From assembly GCF_018977255.1 (NCBI RefSeq), contig NW_024704743.1:99078001-99142000 (forward strand): 64,000 bases of DNA, given 5' to 3'. Below, in pieces: positions 35,560-47,615 of the stretch (the first letter of the stretch is position 1; the number at the start of each line of letters is the position of its first letter). A program made the translations under genes and the position numbers. This DNA is from Callorhinchus milii (lineage: Eukaryota). The notes beneath the pieces were generated by a model. It saw only the letters and a program-made list of their open reading frames with translations, was not told the origin of the DNA and ran no database searches.

Positions 35560-36350
35560 CTCAGATTTGAAAATACCAATTGACCCAGCATCCAAAGCCT
35601 TTTGGGGGAGAGAATTCCAGATTTCCACAACCCTTTGTGTGAAAAAATGCTTCCTGGTTTCACTCCTAACTGGCCTAGCTCTACTTTTATATTATGTCTC
35701 CTGGTTCTGGATTCCCTCACCATAATAAATAGTTTCTCTGTAACGATTTTATCAAGTCCCTTTATCATTTTAAACACCTCAATTAGATTACCCCTGAACT
35801 CCAGATGCAAATGCAACCTAGCTTCATAATTTAACTCTTTCAATCCTGGTATTATTCTGATGAAGCTGTGCTGTACCCCCTCCAAGGCCAATATATCTAG
35901 GGTTTCTGTTTTTCAGGGTTTAAAAAATTCACTTTTCGTGGTTTAGTTTTATATATATTTTTTAGCATTTTTTGAGTTCTAAAAATCGTGGGTTTTTCAT
36001 TTAGTTTTAGTGAAAGATTCAGACGCACCTGTGCACACTGAGGCAAGAGAGGTGCTTTCAAGCAATGTGCAGTGCCTCCATCCTCTCACGTTTGAGGAAG
36101 GAGGCATTTTGAATGCGTGAGGGCTCTTCTCTCTCTCTCTCCATGTGCGCAGGCGTGTTTGGAACATACCTTCACACACGGGGGGGAGAGAGGTGCTCTC
36201 ACTCATGTGCCGTGCGCACCAGAACAGATAACAATTTACTGTGTTTGTTGAATAAACACCGATTTCTTTTTTTTGTATTGGGGTGTTTTATCAGAGTTTT
36301 TGGTTGAAACCAAAAATCAGCCCTGAATATATCCTTTCTGATATCCCAAA
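35560..36350 (-). mobile_element. CR1 LINE 3' end, interrupted by a DNA transposon
   Basis: RKDILALEGVQ...IPGLKELNYEARL...RGNLIEVFKMIKG, the CR1 ORF2 C-terminus. Confidence 0.85.
35898..36325. mobile_element. Non-autonomous hAT-like DNA transposon (428 bp)
   Basis: Termini TAGGGTT...AGCCCTG (imperfect TIR) and a perfect 8-bp TSD AATATATC (35890-35897 and 36326-36333). Confidence 0.8.
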
Positions 36351-36624
36351 GAAGGGAATATGACACACTGGCATCTAAACATTGCTGGAATAGTATCAAA
36401 ACTGTGTGGCTCCCTGACAAAAGCTTCTTGTGATGGTAATCCTACGTACAGCAAGCAAACTCAGAAACGTTTGGTCTGATAAAATCTTGAGCTCTAAGAT
36501 GAAGTCTCACAAGTCCTCATGCCTGGAGAAAACACTTTACACTTTGGGTACTTTTGCAAATGACCATACAGAGATGACACTACTTGAGCCCTTTTTAGAC
36601 AGCATTGTGAAGAATGCCAGAGGT

Positions 36625-36980
36625 TACAGGGAGGTTAGAGATGTGGCCCAATATGTAGCAAATTGAGTTAAATATAGGTAAAAATGTAAGTACATTTAGT
36701 GCAAAAGAATATTTAACAGAAATATATCTAAACAGTAAACCCATCAAGGAGTAGAAAAGTAGAGGAATCTGAGGGTGCTAATGCACAAATCTTTAAAATC
36801 AGGTTTGCAGAATTACAACAGGGACAATTGGGAGATGTATATTTTTATATATAAAAACATTGAATGCACAATTGAAGAGATCAAGTTGAATCTGTGCAAG
36901 ACAATGCTTAGACTGCAACTTGAATATTGCATACAGTTTTGGATGCTCCATTAGAGCCATGGAGCTGGTGCAGCATATAT
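36625..36980 (+). mobile_element. Degenerate CR1 fragment
   Basis: Remnants of the KCKY-HF, E--LRVL and RLQLEYCIQFW motifs. Confidence 0.55.
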
Positions 36981-37389
36981 TTAACCTGTGTTGTTAGTTA
37001 TCATAATTTTTAAATGAAGCTTGATTTTTAGCTAGCATCTCTTCATACTTATACCTGGTAACATGATAGTGAATATGTGCTGCACCCTCTCCATTTAAAT
37101 GATATTAGTTCCTGTTTAATAGTGTGCATAAAACTCAATGCACCAAATGCAGCCTACCTAATCCCCTATACAATTCCAACATGACCTCATTAGTTTTACA
37201 TTCAATACCCTGGTTTATAAATTTCCAAAACTCCATTTGCCTTCTTGATACTTGTCATTTCACCCACAAAATATACTCGGTTCACTTTACAGTATATTTT
37301 GTGAAGCGCTTTGAGACGTCTCGAAGACGTGATAAGGCTCTATATCAAATGCAAGGATTATTTATTATTAATCTCAACTTTTAGCGATG

Positions 37390-37670
37390 TATATGTTTAA
37401 AGCCCAGATACCTCTGCTCCTCCATTCCAATGAATGTTTAATCATTTAGGCTATAATTCCATTCCCTATTCTTTTTCCTAAAATGTAATACCTTACATTT
37501 ACTAGTGTAAAACTGCAGCTGCTTCTTGTCTGATCCTTACTTTCAACCAATGCCTTCTTGAACTCTTATACAATCATTCTCACAATGTGCAGTTTGGAAT
37601 CATCATTGAATTTGGAATCAACACCTTCAACATTATGTCCAAATCATTAATGTACATTGTAAACAATTCC
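37390..37670 (-). mobile_element. Degenerate CR1 fragment
   Basis: Reverse-strand remnants of the YINDL..SKF.DD and KCKVLHF motifs. Confidence 0.5.
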
Positions 37671-39241
37671 CATTATAAACATGTAACAAAGGATTGCAAT
37701 TGCTAGTAATCAGCATGAGATAGATTTCACAGATATCAAATGTAGTACAGACAAAAACACATAATACCAAAAACAAGTTGAAATGACAATGAAACAAATC
37801 AATGGCAATTTGGCCTCTAGTTTTCTGGTGTACGGATATTCATTAATTGTAGATTGTATATTAATAATCTTCAATAAACTTCTAACAACTCCTATTCCAA
37901 TTTAGGATATTCTCAGAAATTGTTTTTTTTCTAAACAGGAACAACTGGAACTTAGATTTTAAATCTTAAGCCCTCCAATATGTTGATAATTTAGATACAA
38001 ATCTGATGTGCCCAGGTTTTTCGAAACCTCCAGGTTATCCTGATTAATTTCAGCTTTTTAAAATTAAAATTTTAATTTACATTGACTTTTTTTACTCAGA
38101 AAAACATTAAATGGTTTCAGTCCTTTAAAAATAAGATCAAATATATTGCTGCAAATGTGTGAACTTTTAGTGTTCTCCATGTGACTTAAAGGTTGCACAT
38201 ATCAAATAAATCAGCTAATGAAAATTATATTGCTGTAAGTGACTCATTCTCTAATACAAATGAGTATATGACTCAAACTCACTCCAGAGAAGTCTTTGAC
38301 TTCTGATTTCTCTCTCTTTGAGAACGTTGTTATACTGTCCTCTGTGTCCATTCCCTCACCACCACCATGACATACATCAGATGTATTGACCTGCACTATC
38401 TGTCTGAGGTCCAGCAGCAGGCTGGTTCACTGGTGAGTTGCATGGGTATATCTTGTGCGATGAACTTTAAACTTTGTGGTGAAAATAAGTGAGCCACCCA
38501 CACAACCCCATAGTTGTTCCAGCTCATCCCTTATGGTGTGAGGAAGGCAGTGTCTATTATTTGCCTATCACTAAATTTAGTGAACTCTTCAGTTGGATTT
38601 TTATTAAATAAACTAACAAAAAGATGGCTGATATTTGCCATCATAACTCCATTCCATTTAATACTGTGATGGGTTTGTACCACAAGTTTGTGTATGGGAA
38701 CCCCAATATATATGTTACATTGTTAATTATGTTCATTCATAAAAATATATAATGTTATGGCAGCATGAGTGCCATTGGTTTTGAAAAATGTGTTTTGAAT
38801 ATGTTTTGCTTCTGAAGTTAGACAGTTGGTTTTGGGGTGCAAAATTATGGGAAAATAATCTGTCGACATGAGAATGTGGAGACTACATACAGAGAGGATG
38901 GGAGTGGAGATAAAGTTCCTGTATATACTACATTACAACATAATGCTGGTCTATAAACATGGCTTTACGGTATTTATTATGTCCGATATTTATTTTTACC
39001 TGCCATCGAGTAGTCTACAGTATATATTTAATATATCTCAATTGAATTGTATAGTACTGTACTCAAATTATTGTTGTTGTACAGGTAGTGAATTTCAGTT
39101 TTTCTTTTAAAGGTTTTATATTTATTTTTTCTTTTATGATCTCATGCTAATTTAGTAAGCGTTTACATTCATCACATAATATGTCAGTACAGCTATTTAT
39201 TTACTGTGTTAATTTCCCATACTCATGATGTGAACTCTTAC

Positions 39242-39354
39242 CCTCCCATAGAGACTCCTGCTGCTATCAATGGAGCTTCTGAAAACCTTTCCTGGACATG
39301 CGTAATGACAGTTTCCAAATCTTCTGTGTTGGCAGCACAGTATGTTCTGGGAGT
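39242..39354 (-). CDS. ABHD3: ABHD3 catalytic-serine exon (TPRTYCAANTEDLETVITHVQERFSEAPLIAAGVSMG)
   Basis: G-V-S-M-G nucleophile elbow, 113 nt. Confidence 0.95.
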
Positions 39355-39589
39355 CTAGAACCAGTCATGCAAAATGACACAGTAAGCACTGTGAAAAATC
39401 CATTACAGAAAGAAAAATTTACCTTGAACTATAGCACTACCATGTTCATGTCGCAAACATTAAATTCTGAGCTGGCAAAATAAACAGTGGTGTCGAATTT
39501 GCAGTATTCACGTGTGCGATTTCTTAATAACGAATATCTAAACTTTGTCTTTTTTAAGACTCTTATTAAGAAGTTGGACCCACAATCAT

Positions 39590-40075
39590 TACAAATGAAG
39601 CTCAGTGAAGATAAATGCAAGGTACTGCATGTAGGTAGTAATAAGAGTAGTTGCAAACACTTCGTAGCAGGGTTTGGTGCCATCTTGAATTTTCTAAGGG
39701 GAAAACTGAAAGGAACCTAAGGGTGTTAGCTGTCTTGTTGCTCACCGTATTAAAACAGTGTGAGACAACAATAAACAAGGCAAACAGGATGCTGGGTTAT
39801 ATTGCCAAATCAGTTGAGTTTAGACCTCTAAACATCAGACTTAAACTCTGCAGTGCTCTGATCGGGCAACACTTGAGTATATTTCTGGTTACCATGATAT
39901 AACAGCTCAGGCCCTGGAGTCAGTGCAAAGAAGGACAATATGAATGATTCCCAGTGTTGAGCAGTGATGAGCAATAACTAGATAAACTACTGCTCTTCAG
40001 GCTTGGAAAGAGACATCTCAGGAATACCTGATAGAAGTATACACAGTACTAAATGGGACTGAGAAAGAAAAGCAG
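39590..40075 (+). mobile_element. CR1 LINE fragment
   Basis: DKCKVLHVG and KANRMLGYIAKSVEFR motifs. Confidence 0.8.
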
Positions 40076-42753
40076 ATAATGTTATCAGGTAAGACAAGGC
40101 AGCAGGACAAGATTTTTTGGTGGTGCAATAGGATAATAGGAATTGTGCTTCATGTAACAATTGAGATACTTAATGTTTGAGTCCCAGGGCTTTCTCACAC
40201 TTCAGCCTTCACTGTAAGGTATTTTGTCAAGTATAAGTTGGGCTGCAAGGCTGCTGTCTTTGGGCAATGGAGCATTAATTTAATCAGTAGACTTGGCAAG
40301 AATGAATGGCTAATGCATGACTTCCCAATATAAGTCCACTCCAGTTGTCTAATAAAGAAATAAGTTTATAGAATGTCACTGGAGAAGTCAACACCTTCAG
40401 TACATCAATCATTTAGCTTAAGAAGGATAAATGGAGGTGAGAAACAAGTAGAAGCAGAAGATTGAGAAATACTGCAAAGCTAACATCAATTTTAGCAATA
40501 AAAGGGAACACCATTATAATACTCCTCACAATCATGCTGCTTCTCTTGCAGAGTGGGTCTACTGTGAACCCTTGTAAACCCAAATTCTGCTGCTGACTAA
40601 CACATACGGAGTGATGTCAGTGCATCCTGATGACCTGGAAGTTGGCCATTTTCTTGTACCAGGCTTTTAACCCAGCTGGCTGTACTATAATGAGGTTTCC
40701 CTTTACTTTTATTATTTATATTACTGCCCTTGGAAGTTTGCATAGTATGGAAAATATGCCTTAAGCTTTCCCTTAGTGCTATGAATCAGGTCACATTCAC
40801 AGTCTGAAACTGTTTATGCAGTCTGTGAAGGATGCTGACTATTCATATGTTTTTAGACTGCCAAAATAGAATCGCTGCATGAGATAATGGAGGTGGGGGG
40901 GGGGGAATGTGGTATATGCAGTGATAATTATTACAAAGACTGAAAATGTAGTTGTTTTGTGCCCTTAAAACATTGTCCTTAAAATCAAGTTTGGGACTCA
41001 AAACCCTCAACCTACAGTCTTTGGAGAATGATTTGGTGCCATCTTGAATTTGGACGTAGCCAATGGAGTCCTTTTTTAAATTGATTCCTAGTTGCTACAA
41101 CTGCTATTTTAACTTCAAATATTTACTTTTAAATTTATTTTTAGGTCACCGTCTGGCAAAAAAATGTGAATTCTTTGTTCTCTGTGGCCTAATGAAGTAC
41201 AAACCAGTATCTGATGAAGGGATTTTGGAAAGCTGCTCTCACTGTAGAAATAATGGAGCTCCCCGGTCCTCACACACTAAAGAAAAACATGTCATAAATA
41301 CTGAATCTTCAGCAGAGCCAGGTAAGCATTTCCTGAAGTCAAGGGGAAGGGCAAATGTTCAATCCCAACATGCATTTAAGACATGTTTAAGAAAACGTTT
41401 CAACTGTATTATCTGTCCATGTGACCATTATCAAATCACACACTTCTCAGAAAGTATTAAGGATTAGATTTTTTCTCCCCTACAGAAAATCAGCTTTGAC
41501 ACCATATGGATTCCAACACAAGTAATTGCCCTGTTCACACAGATTGCTTCTACGTCTCACCTTCTGATATGAATCATGTGCTTGGCTGAGTTAAGTTACA
41601 CACAGTTCATGGTGCAAATGATACTCTTATTTAAAAAAAAGCAGGCAGACAACTTTTGTGTAGAGGTTCTTATGAAAAAANTCATAGTTTTACAGCAATG
41701 TTAGATTAGGAGATCGGCACATTGGACTAAAATCTCAGATATGTTTGTTTAACGGATGAACATGTATTTGAACCAAATTACAGGAATGGAGACAGAACAA
41801 GTACAGTACCATCAAACAAAATATTTTCACTTCCTGAAGTTGGATCTCATCAATATGAAACGTGTGCTTCAAAATATGGTTTAGAGTCACAAATTTAAAT
41901 GCTGTAGTTTTCAGAAAATAAACAACTAATAAATTGTGTGTGCCGTCCCTAAGATATTTCAGTGGCTCAAGACAACAGCACTTTCCAAGGCACACTGTGA
42001 CTGATATTTGTAGACAAGGCAACACATGTTTGTTCATCAAAGCAGACTTTTTATAATAAATGAAAGCCTCTACATAAATGTAAATTTGAACTGTACATAA
42101 GTAGTGTTCCGAAGAGGGACAGAGCGGGTGGCCTTGTAGGATTAAACCAAATGGGATCCATTACATTTTAAGAACTGCTCATCTTTTTTTTCATCTTTAA
42201 CATTGAGGATCATTAAACGTTCAAAAGACACAGAGCACTTATTTCGTAGCCTCTAAATGATTGTTACAGGCTGTTCAAAAAGTTTTGGGAATTAAATGAA
42301 AATACTATACAGTTCCCAGGATTTTTTTTTAACCTGTCATACTTTAGTTTTCAATGTAATATTGATGTTGCTGTTAATGAACCCCACCTTACCCTAGTCT
42401 AATGGCATAATTGTGTAAAATGTAAACCCCTTGGTGTCTTGTAACATAGGAAAATGCCAGTGGTTAGGATTATTAGCAACAGAAAAGCTCCAAGAGGAAC
42501 GTTCTGAAAAAGTAAGCAAAGACAAAATAATCATGTATTTTTAAACTTTGGGAATATTTTCAAAGCGGTAACTTGCTCATGAGGTTTAGCTGATTGTAAA
42601 CTGTTTGTTCTACAATCCCACAATTTTTGGCATTATCCAAACCTTTCAAATATGTTACAGCTTTTTCACATATTCCAAGTCATTGTTCATCCATTATTTG
42701 GCATAAAATGCACCGTTTGATCACTTGACTATTATGTGCTAACAACATCTTAC

Positions 42754-42799
42754 CAACAGTCTCTCTCCAGAAACTCCTCTATTATTGACAACAGTGCAC
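42754..42799 (-). CDS. ABHD3: ABHD3 small exon (CTVVNNRGVSGERLL)
   Basis: 46 nt, NNRG motif, acceptor ttttttag, donor gtaaga. Confidence 0.92.
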
Positions 42800-45700
42800 C
42801 TAAAAAACACAAGAAAATCATTGTAAATGTTTGAATCTGGTTTAACATTTCAGATAATTTTGTACTTACTTAAATTCCTCCATATTGAAAGATTTGACAT
42901 CCTGGCAAAATCACTTGAAAGTCACTGCAGGTTGCCCAGTTTATAAGCGCAGATGTGCAATAAAATTATAAATAATGTAATAAGCCTTACATTTCATGTA
43001 CTACCGGGAGAGCACCTCAAAAAGCTTCAAAAGATACACTGTAAAGTGAAGTGCCTGTGTATTATAGGTGAAACCGTGAGCCAATTTGTGCATAGCAACA
43101 TCCCCCAAACTGCCATGAAGTGACTAATTTTATTTGGAGGATTCTCTGGTAGAAGACCGGTAGAAATTCCATCCGTATTTCAAAATAGTGCCGTTGAATC
43201 GTTAATGTCCACCTGGACACGCAGATGGGACCTTGGTTTAATATTTCATACAAAGGCCGGCACCTCCAACAATGCAGCACACCTCTGGCACTGCATTAGA
43301 GGATTAGCATAGATTCAGAGGCGAGAGAGCTACCAACTAAACCAGGCTGACATGATGCAATTATGTGACTGTTAAACATGGTTGAATCATTGACTGAATC
43401 TGTTTCTTAACTTATAACAACACATAACATTTGTATAGCGCCTTTCACGTTGGAAGGACGTCCCAAGGCGCTGGACAGTCAGGGATGAATTAAGGAATGG
43501 AGGAAAAGCATGGTAAACTGTGTCTTTAAAATCCACCCCATACCACTTCATATCAAGTTTGGGACTGATTTCCCTCACCTGCCGTTTTTCTGGTTACTGC
43601 TTTCTTCTGGAGTCTTTTTACTGTTCAAATAATGGCCATGTTTATTCATACTCAGAGAGGGACTTGAGCATTCTCCTGCCAATGACTTTTAAGTTTTAAT
43701 TACTTTTACATTATCTTAATTTTTTTAAATAAGGGACGCTCTTAATTAAGGAATGGAAGGCAAAATATCAGGAATATTCCCCACCCATACCTTCACTAAA
43801 ACAAGTGTTTAAAAGTTAAACAATCTCATTGGAGCAGTTTATGCTGCAGCAGTTACCAGCATAAACTTCCCAAGCAATCAATACAATGGTTCTGAAGCGA
43901 TGGTATATCAAGCAGGCTGCTCCCAACTGTTCCAGGAGAGAAGCCAAATCATACATTCTCTCAAAGCATGATGATTCCTCTTCAATTTATAAAGAGATTA
44001 GTTCACTGTCAGCAAGCAATTACTGGTACAATATAATCCCTTTGCAACAGTTATTCATATCACAGCTGTTTGTGGGATATTGCTGTGCAGAAACTGTGCT
44101 GCACAATTGCCTACAAAATACACTTTACAGTCAGTCTTCGGAAATGCTTTGGGACGTTGCTTCCAAATGTGAAAGGCGCTATATCGAAGGCAAGGATTAT
44201 TATTATTATTTTGGAAATCTCTATGTCATATTTTATAAATTACTGCTTAGAAAATACATGTCTGAGCATGCTGTATTTCAAAGCTGTTAACAAAGAGGTT
44301 GCATGTTGCTCCATTTTGCTTTGTTTAACTCTGAAATTGTGCTTCAGTGTTGAACAAAGTAAAATAATCCCTCAAGAAAAAAANTAATAAATTGGTCACT
44401 TCAATCCACGACTGTTTGTGGGACACTGCTGTGCACAATTGGCTACTGCATTTCGCCTACAAATATGCAGTCAATTCACTTTATAGTATACTCTGTGAAG
44501 CGCTTTGAGACGTCTAGAAGATGTGAAAAGCTCTATACCAAATGCAAGGATTATTATTATATTATTCCTGGTTCTCTATTTTACAGCCCAGTTAACAGTA
44601 ATATGATGCCAGATAAAATAATGACTAGCGCTCCAAGACGGTGTGAAGTGCACTATATAAATGCAAATCAGTGTTGACTAATATCAGTGCTGAAACCTCA
44701 CACAAATCCATATCTTCACTCAGTTCGAAACGATACATCTCTACAAGGTCGGAAAACTGGACTGAATTATAAATGTTTCCTAGCAGGTACAATATTTAAA
44801 GTAATCTATAAATGCTCTGAAGTAATTGGGGTGGGAGAATATATTGCTTTGTAACCATTTCACCCAACAAGTCCTTTTAATGCTGTGTTTGTACTGCACT
44901 TTGCACAGTGAATAGCACTGAATTAGAGGTAAATAGAACCATTCAAAAACAACTCCCACCAAAGTCCCACCACCTAGACTGCCTTGAGGAGGTGGGCTCC
45001 TCAGGGGCGCACCACAGTATAATGGTCTCTTCAAAGTTCTCAGATGATGAATTGTGCAGCCAAAGGATTTTCAAGGAACTATTGTTTAATATTATTAAAG
45101 AGCTGATCATGTGACTACCCCCCCCAAAAATTAACAACAACCAGAGCTCTGCCCAAGTGCTTAGTTGCAAATACAGAACTCCACTCAGCCTCCAGGCAAT
45201 GAATAAGGAGCAGGAAATGTGAACTAATTTACACCTTTTTTCCAGCAGCATAAACAAAGGATACTAATACAGGGGCCGCAACTAGCCTTGTAACTTACAC
45301 TTATTCTTATGCTATTTGATAAAAGCCATTTCATCCCCTGTCCTGTCAAGCATTTTTATTTATGAAGCTAAGTCTGTTTTAAATGTGCCAAATAACCAAT
45401 GTCTGTCAGATAAACCCATTCTTTTTCGAGATAATACTGCAAGAGTAATAATTCTTGTATTGGTTTAGCACCTTTCACATTGTGAAAGTGAGAAGTGTAG
45501 TGACTGTATTTTGTAGCAAATGCTGCAGCTAATTGCGTACAGTGTCCCACAAATAGCCAGGAAGCAAATGACCAATTTTATCTGGGGGAATTTCTACACT
45601 GGGAGAAAATCGCTTCTCTGTCCAAATAGTGCCACAGGATCATTAATATCCATCTAAACAAGTAGTCAAAACCTTGATACACTTTGAAGGTGATGTTGTT

Positions 45701-46346
45701 GAAAAGAGTCTGCATGACGCACACCAATTCCAGCTATGGTCAGGATTCACAAATCCTTTATGAATCCAGGTTGCGACTCTCAATTTTTGAGCCCACACTC
45801 GATTTCTTTTTGCCTGCAAGAGCCAGATCAGATGTGAAAAGGCCAGAGTTTGTGGTTTGCAGTTTCTCGTTGTCTCAGAGTTTTTTTCCCTATCCTTCTT
45901 CCCTGAAGGCGCTGATTCTTATTGTTTCAACTGAGATGAAGTTTTATGATGTGTTCTGGCCCCTCGCAAAGTGGCCAAAAGGTAATACTAGCTGCATTTG
46001 ATATAATACTTTATCATATTGAAATGTCTCGAAGTGCTTCACACAATGACTTACTTTGAAATGCAGTGACTGCTGGGTTAGGCAAACGCAGCAGCTGATG
46101 TAAGACAGCAGTGTCCTACAGAGAGCAATGAGATAAATGACCAATTAATCTGTTTTTTCGTGAATTGAGATGAGGGAGTATTGACCAGAATACTGGCTCA
46201 TTGAAACGATGGATTGTTCGTTCTTGCTGTTTGAGCCCAGACAATGAGTTTCAAATGGGCCATTTGACTGCAGGTGGCATCATAACCAAACCAGATCCAA
46301 TCCAGTCAAACCAGTCCTCTCCCGGCATTCATACATGTGTTTATCA

Positions 46347-47615
46347 ACAACAACTACAACTTGGATTTATATAGCGCCCTCCACGCCGAATGGCATCTCA
46401 GAGAGCTTCACAGTAACGGATCCCGGGGTCGAGCCAGGGGGAGGGGGAGGAAGGTGACCAAAGGCCCGGTCGAAAAGAAAGGTCTTCAGTAGGGACCTGA
46501 AAGTAGGAAGGGAGGGGGTGAGGCGAAGGGAGTGAGGAAGTGAATTCCAGAGTCTCGGGGCATAGTGGCTGAAGTCACGACCGCTGAGGGTGGAGCGGAG
46601 GACTCGGGGGATGAGGAGGAGGTGGAAGAAAGCGGTGCTGATGAGGGACCGGATGTGAGGGAGGAAGGATAATTGTGGGTCGTACCTGACGCCTAGGTGT
46701 GTACGGGTTCGGAGAGTTTTAAGGGGAGGTCGGGTAGGTGGAGGAGGTGAGAACTGTGAGACTTTAGACGTTGATGGGAGCCAAAGAGTATGGCTTCCGT
46801 CTTGTCAACGTTCAGCTGAAGGAAGTTTGCACTCATCCAGCCCCTGAGGTCTGACAGGCAGGCTGACAGAACATCAGAGGACTGGGGGTCGCAAAGAGAG
46901 GTGGAAAAATAGAGTTGGGTGTCATCTACGTACATGTGGAAATGTACCCCATGTCTGCGGATGACATTCCCAAGAGGGAGCATGTTGATCAGAAAGAGGA
47001 GGGGGACAAGGATGGATCCTTGGGGTACCACACAGGTAACCGGGTGAGAGTGAGAGGAGATGCTGTTTGTGCAGATGTACTGCTGGCGGTTTGTGAGGTA
47101 GGACTCGATCCAGGCGAGTGTGGTCCCACTGAGGTGGATGATGGAGGAAAGGCGGTGGAGGAGGATGGCGTGATTGACTGTGTCGAACACCGCGGAGAGA
47201 TCCAGGAGGACAAGGAGGCAGAGGGAGCCCTGGTCACAGACAGAGAGGATGTCGTTTGTGACTTTCACAAAAGCAGTCTCTATACTGTGGGCAGGGTAGA
47301 AACCGCACTGGAGGGGTTCGAAGAGGGAATGGGAGGAGAGGTGTGCGCGAAGTTGACTGGCAATAACGCGTCCTAGGATTTTTGCGAGGAAGGGCAGGTT
47401 AGAAATAGGGCGGCAATGGCTGGGGTTTGAGGGATCTAGGGAAGGTATTTTGAGGAGGGGGGTGATGACAGCAATTTTGAGGGAGGCAGGGACTGATCCA
47501 GAGGAGAGGGACTGGTTGATGACGTCAGCCAGTAGTGGGCAGAGGAGGGGGAGCTGGGTGACCAGCAATTTGGTGGGGAGGGGGTTGAGGCAGCAGGTGG
47601 TGGGTTTCAGGGAGT
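46347..47615 (-). mobile_element. L2 LINE fragment with RT ORF and an internal deletion
   Basis: 311-aa ORF with RPISNLPFL, DLSAVFDT, PQGS and YVDD. 3' tail is shared with 6358-6622. Confidence 0.92.

Noticed and set aside
41211..41240. CTGATGA...GAAA, resembling a Penelope-type hammerhead ribozyme core
   Set aside because: Stem II (AGGGATTTTG) cannot pair and no stems I or III were found. At most a decayed relic.
1363..44384. Single N bases at 1363, 12914, 41681 and 44384
   Set aside because: All lie at the ends of A homopolymers, so they reflect sequencing ambiguity, not biology.
44982..45006. 10-bp stem-loop with CTGAGGAG on the - strand (hammerhead-like)
   Set aside because: No GAAA core after the stem, and a hairpin this short is expected by chance.
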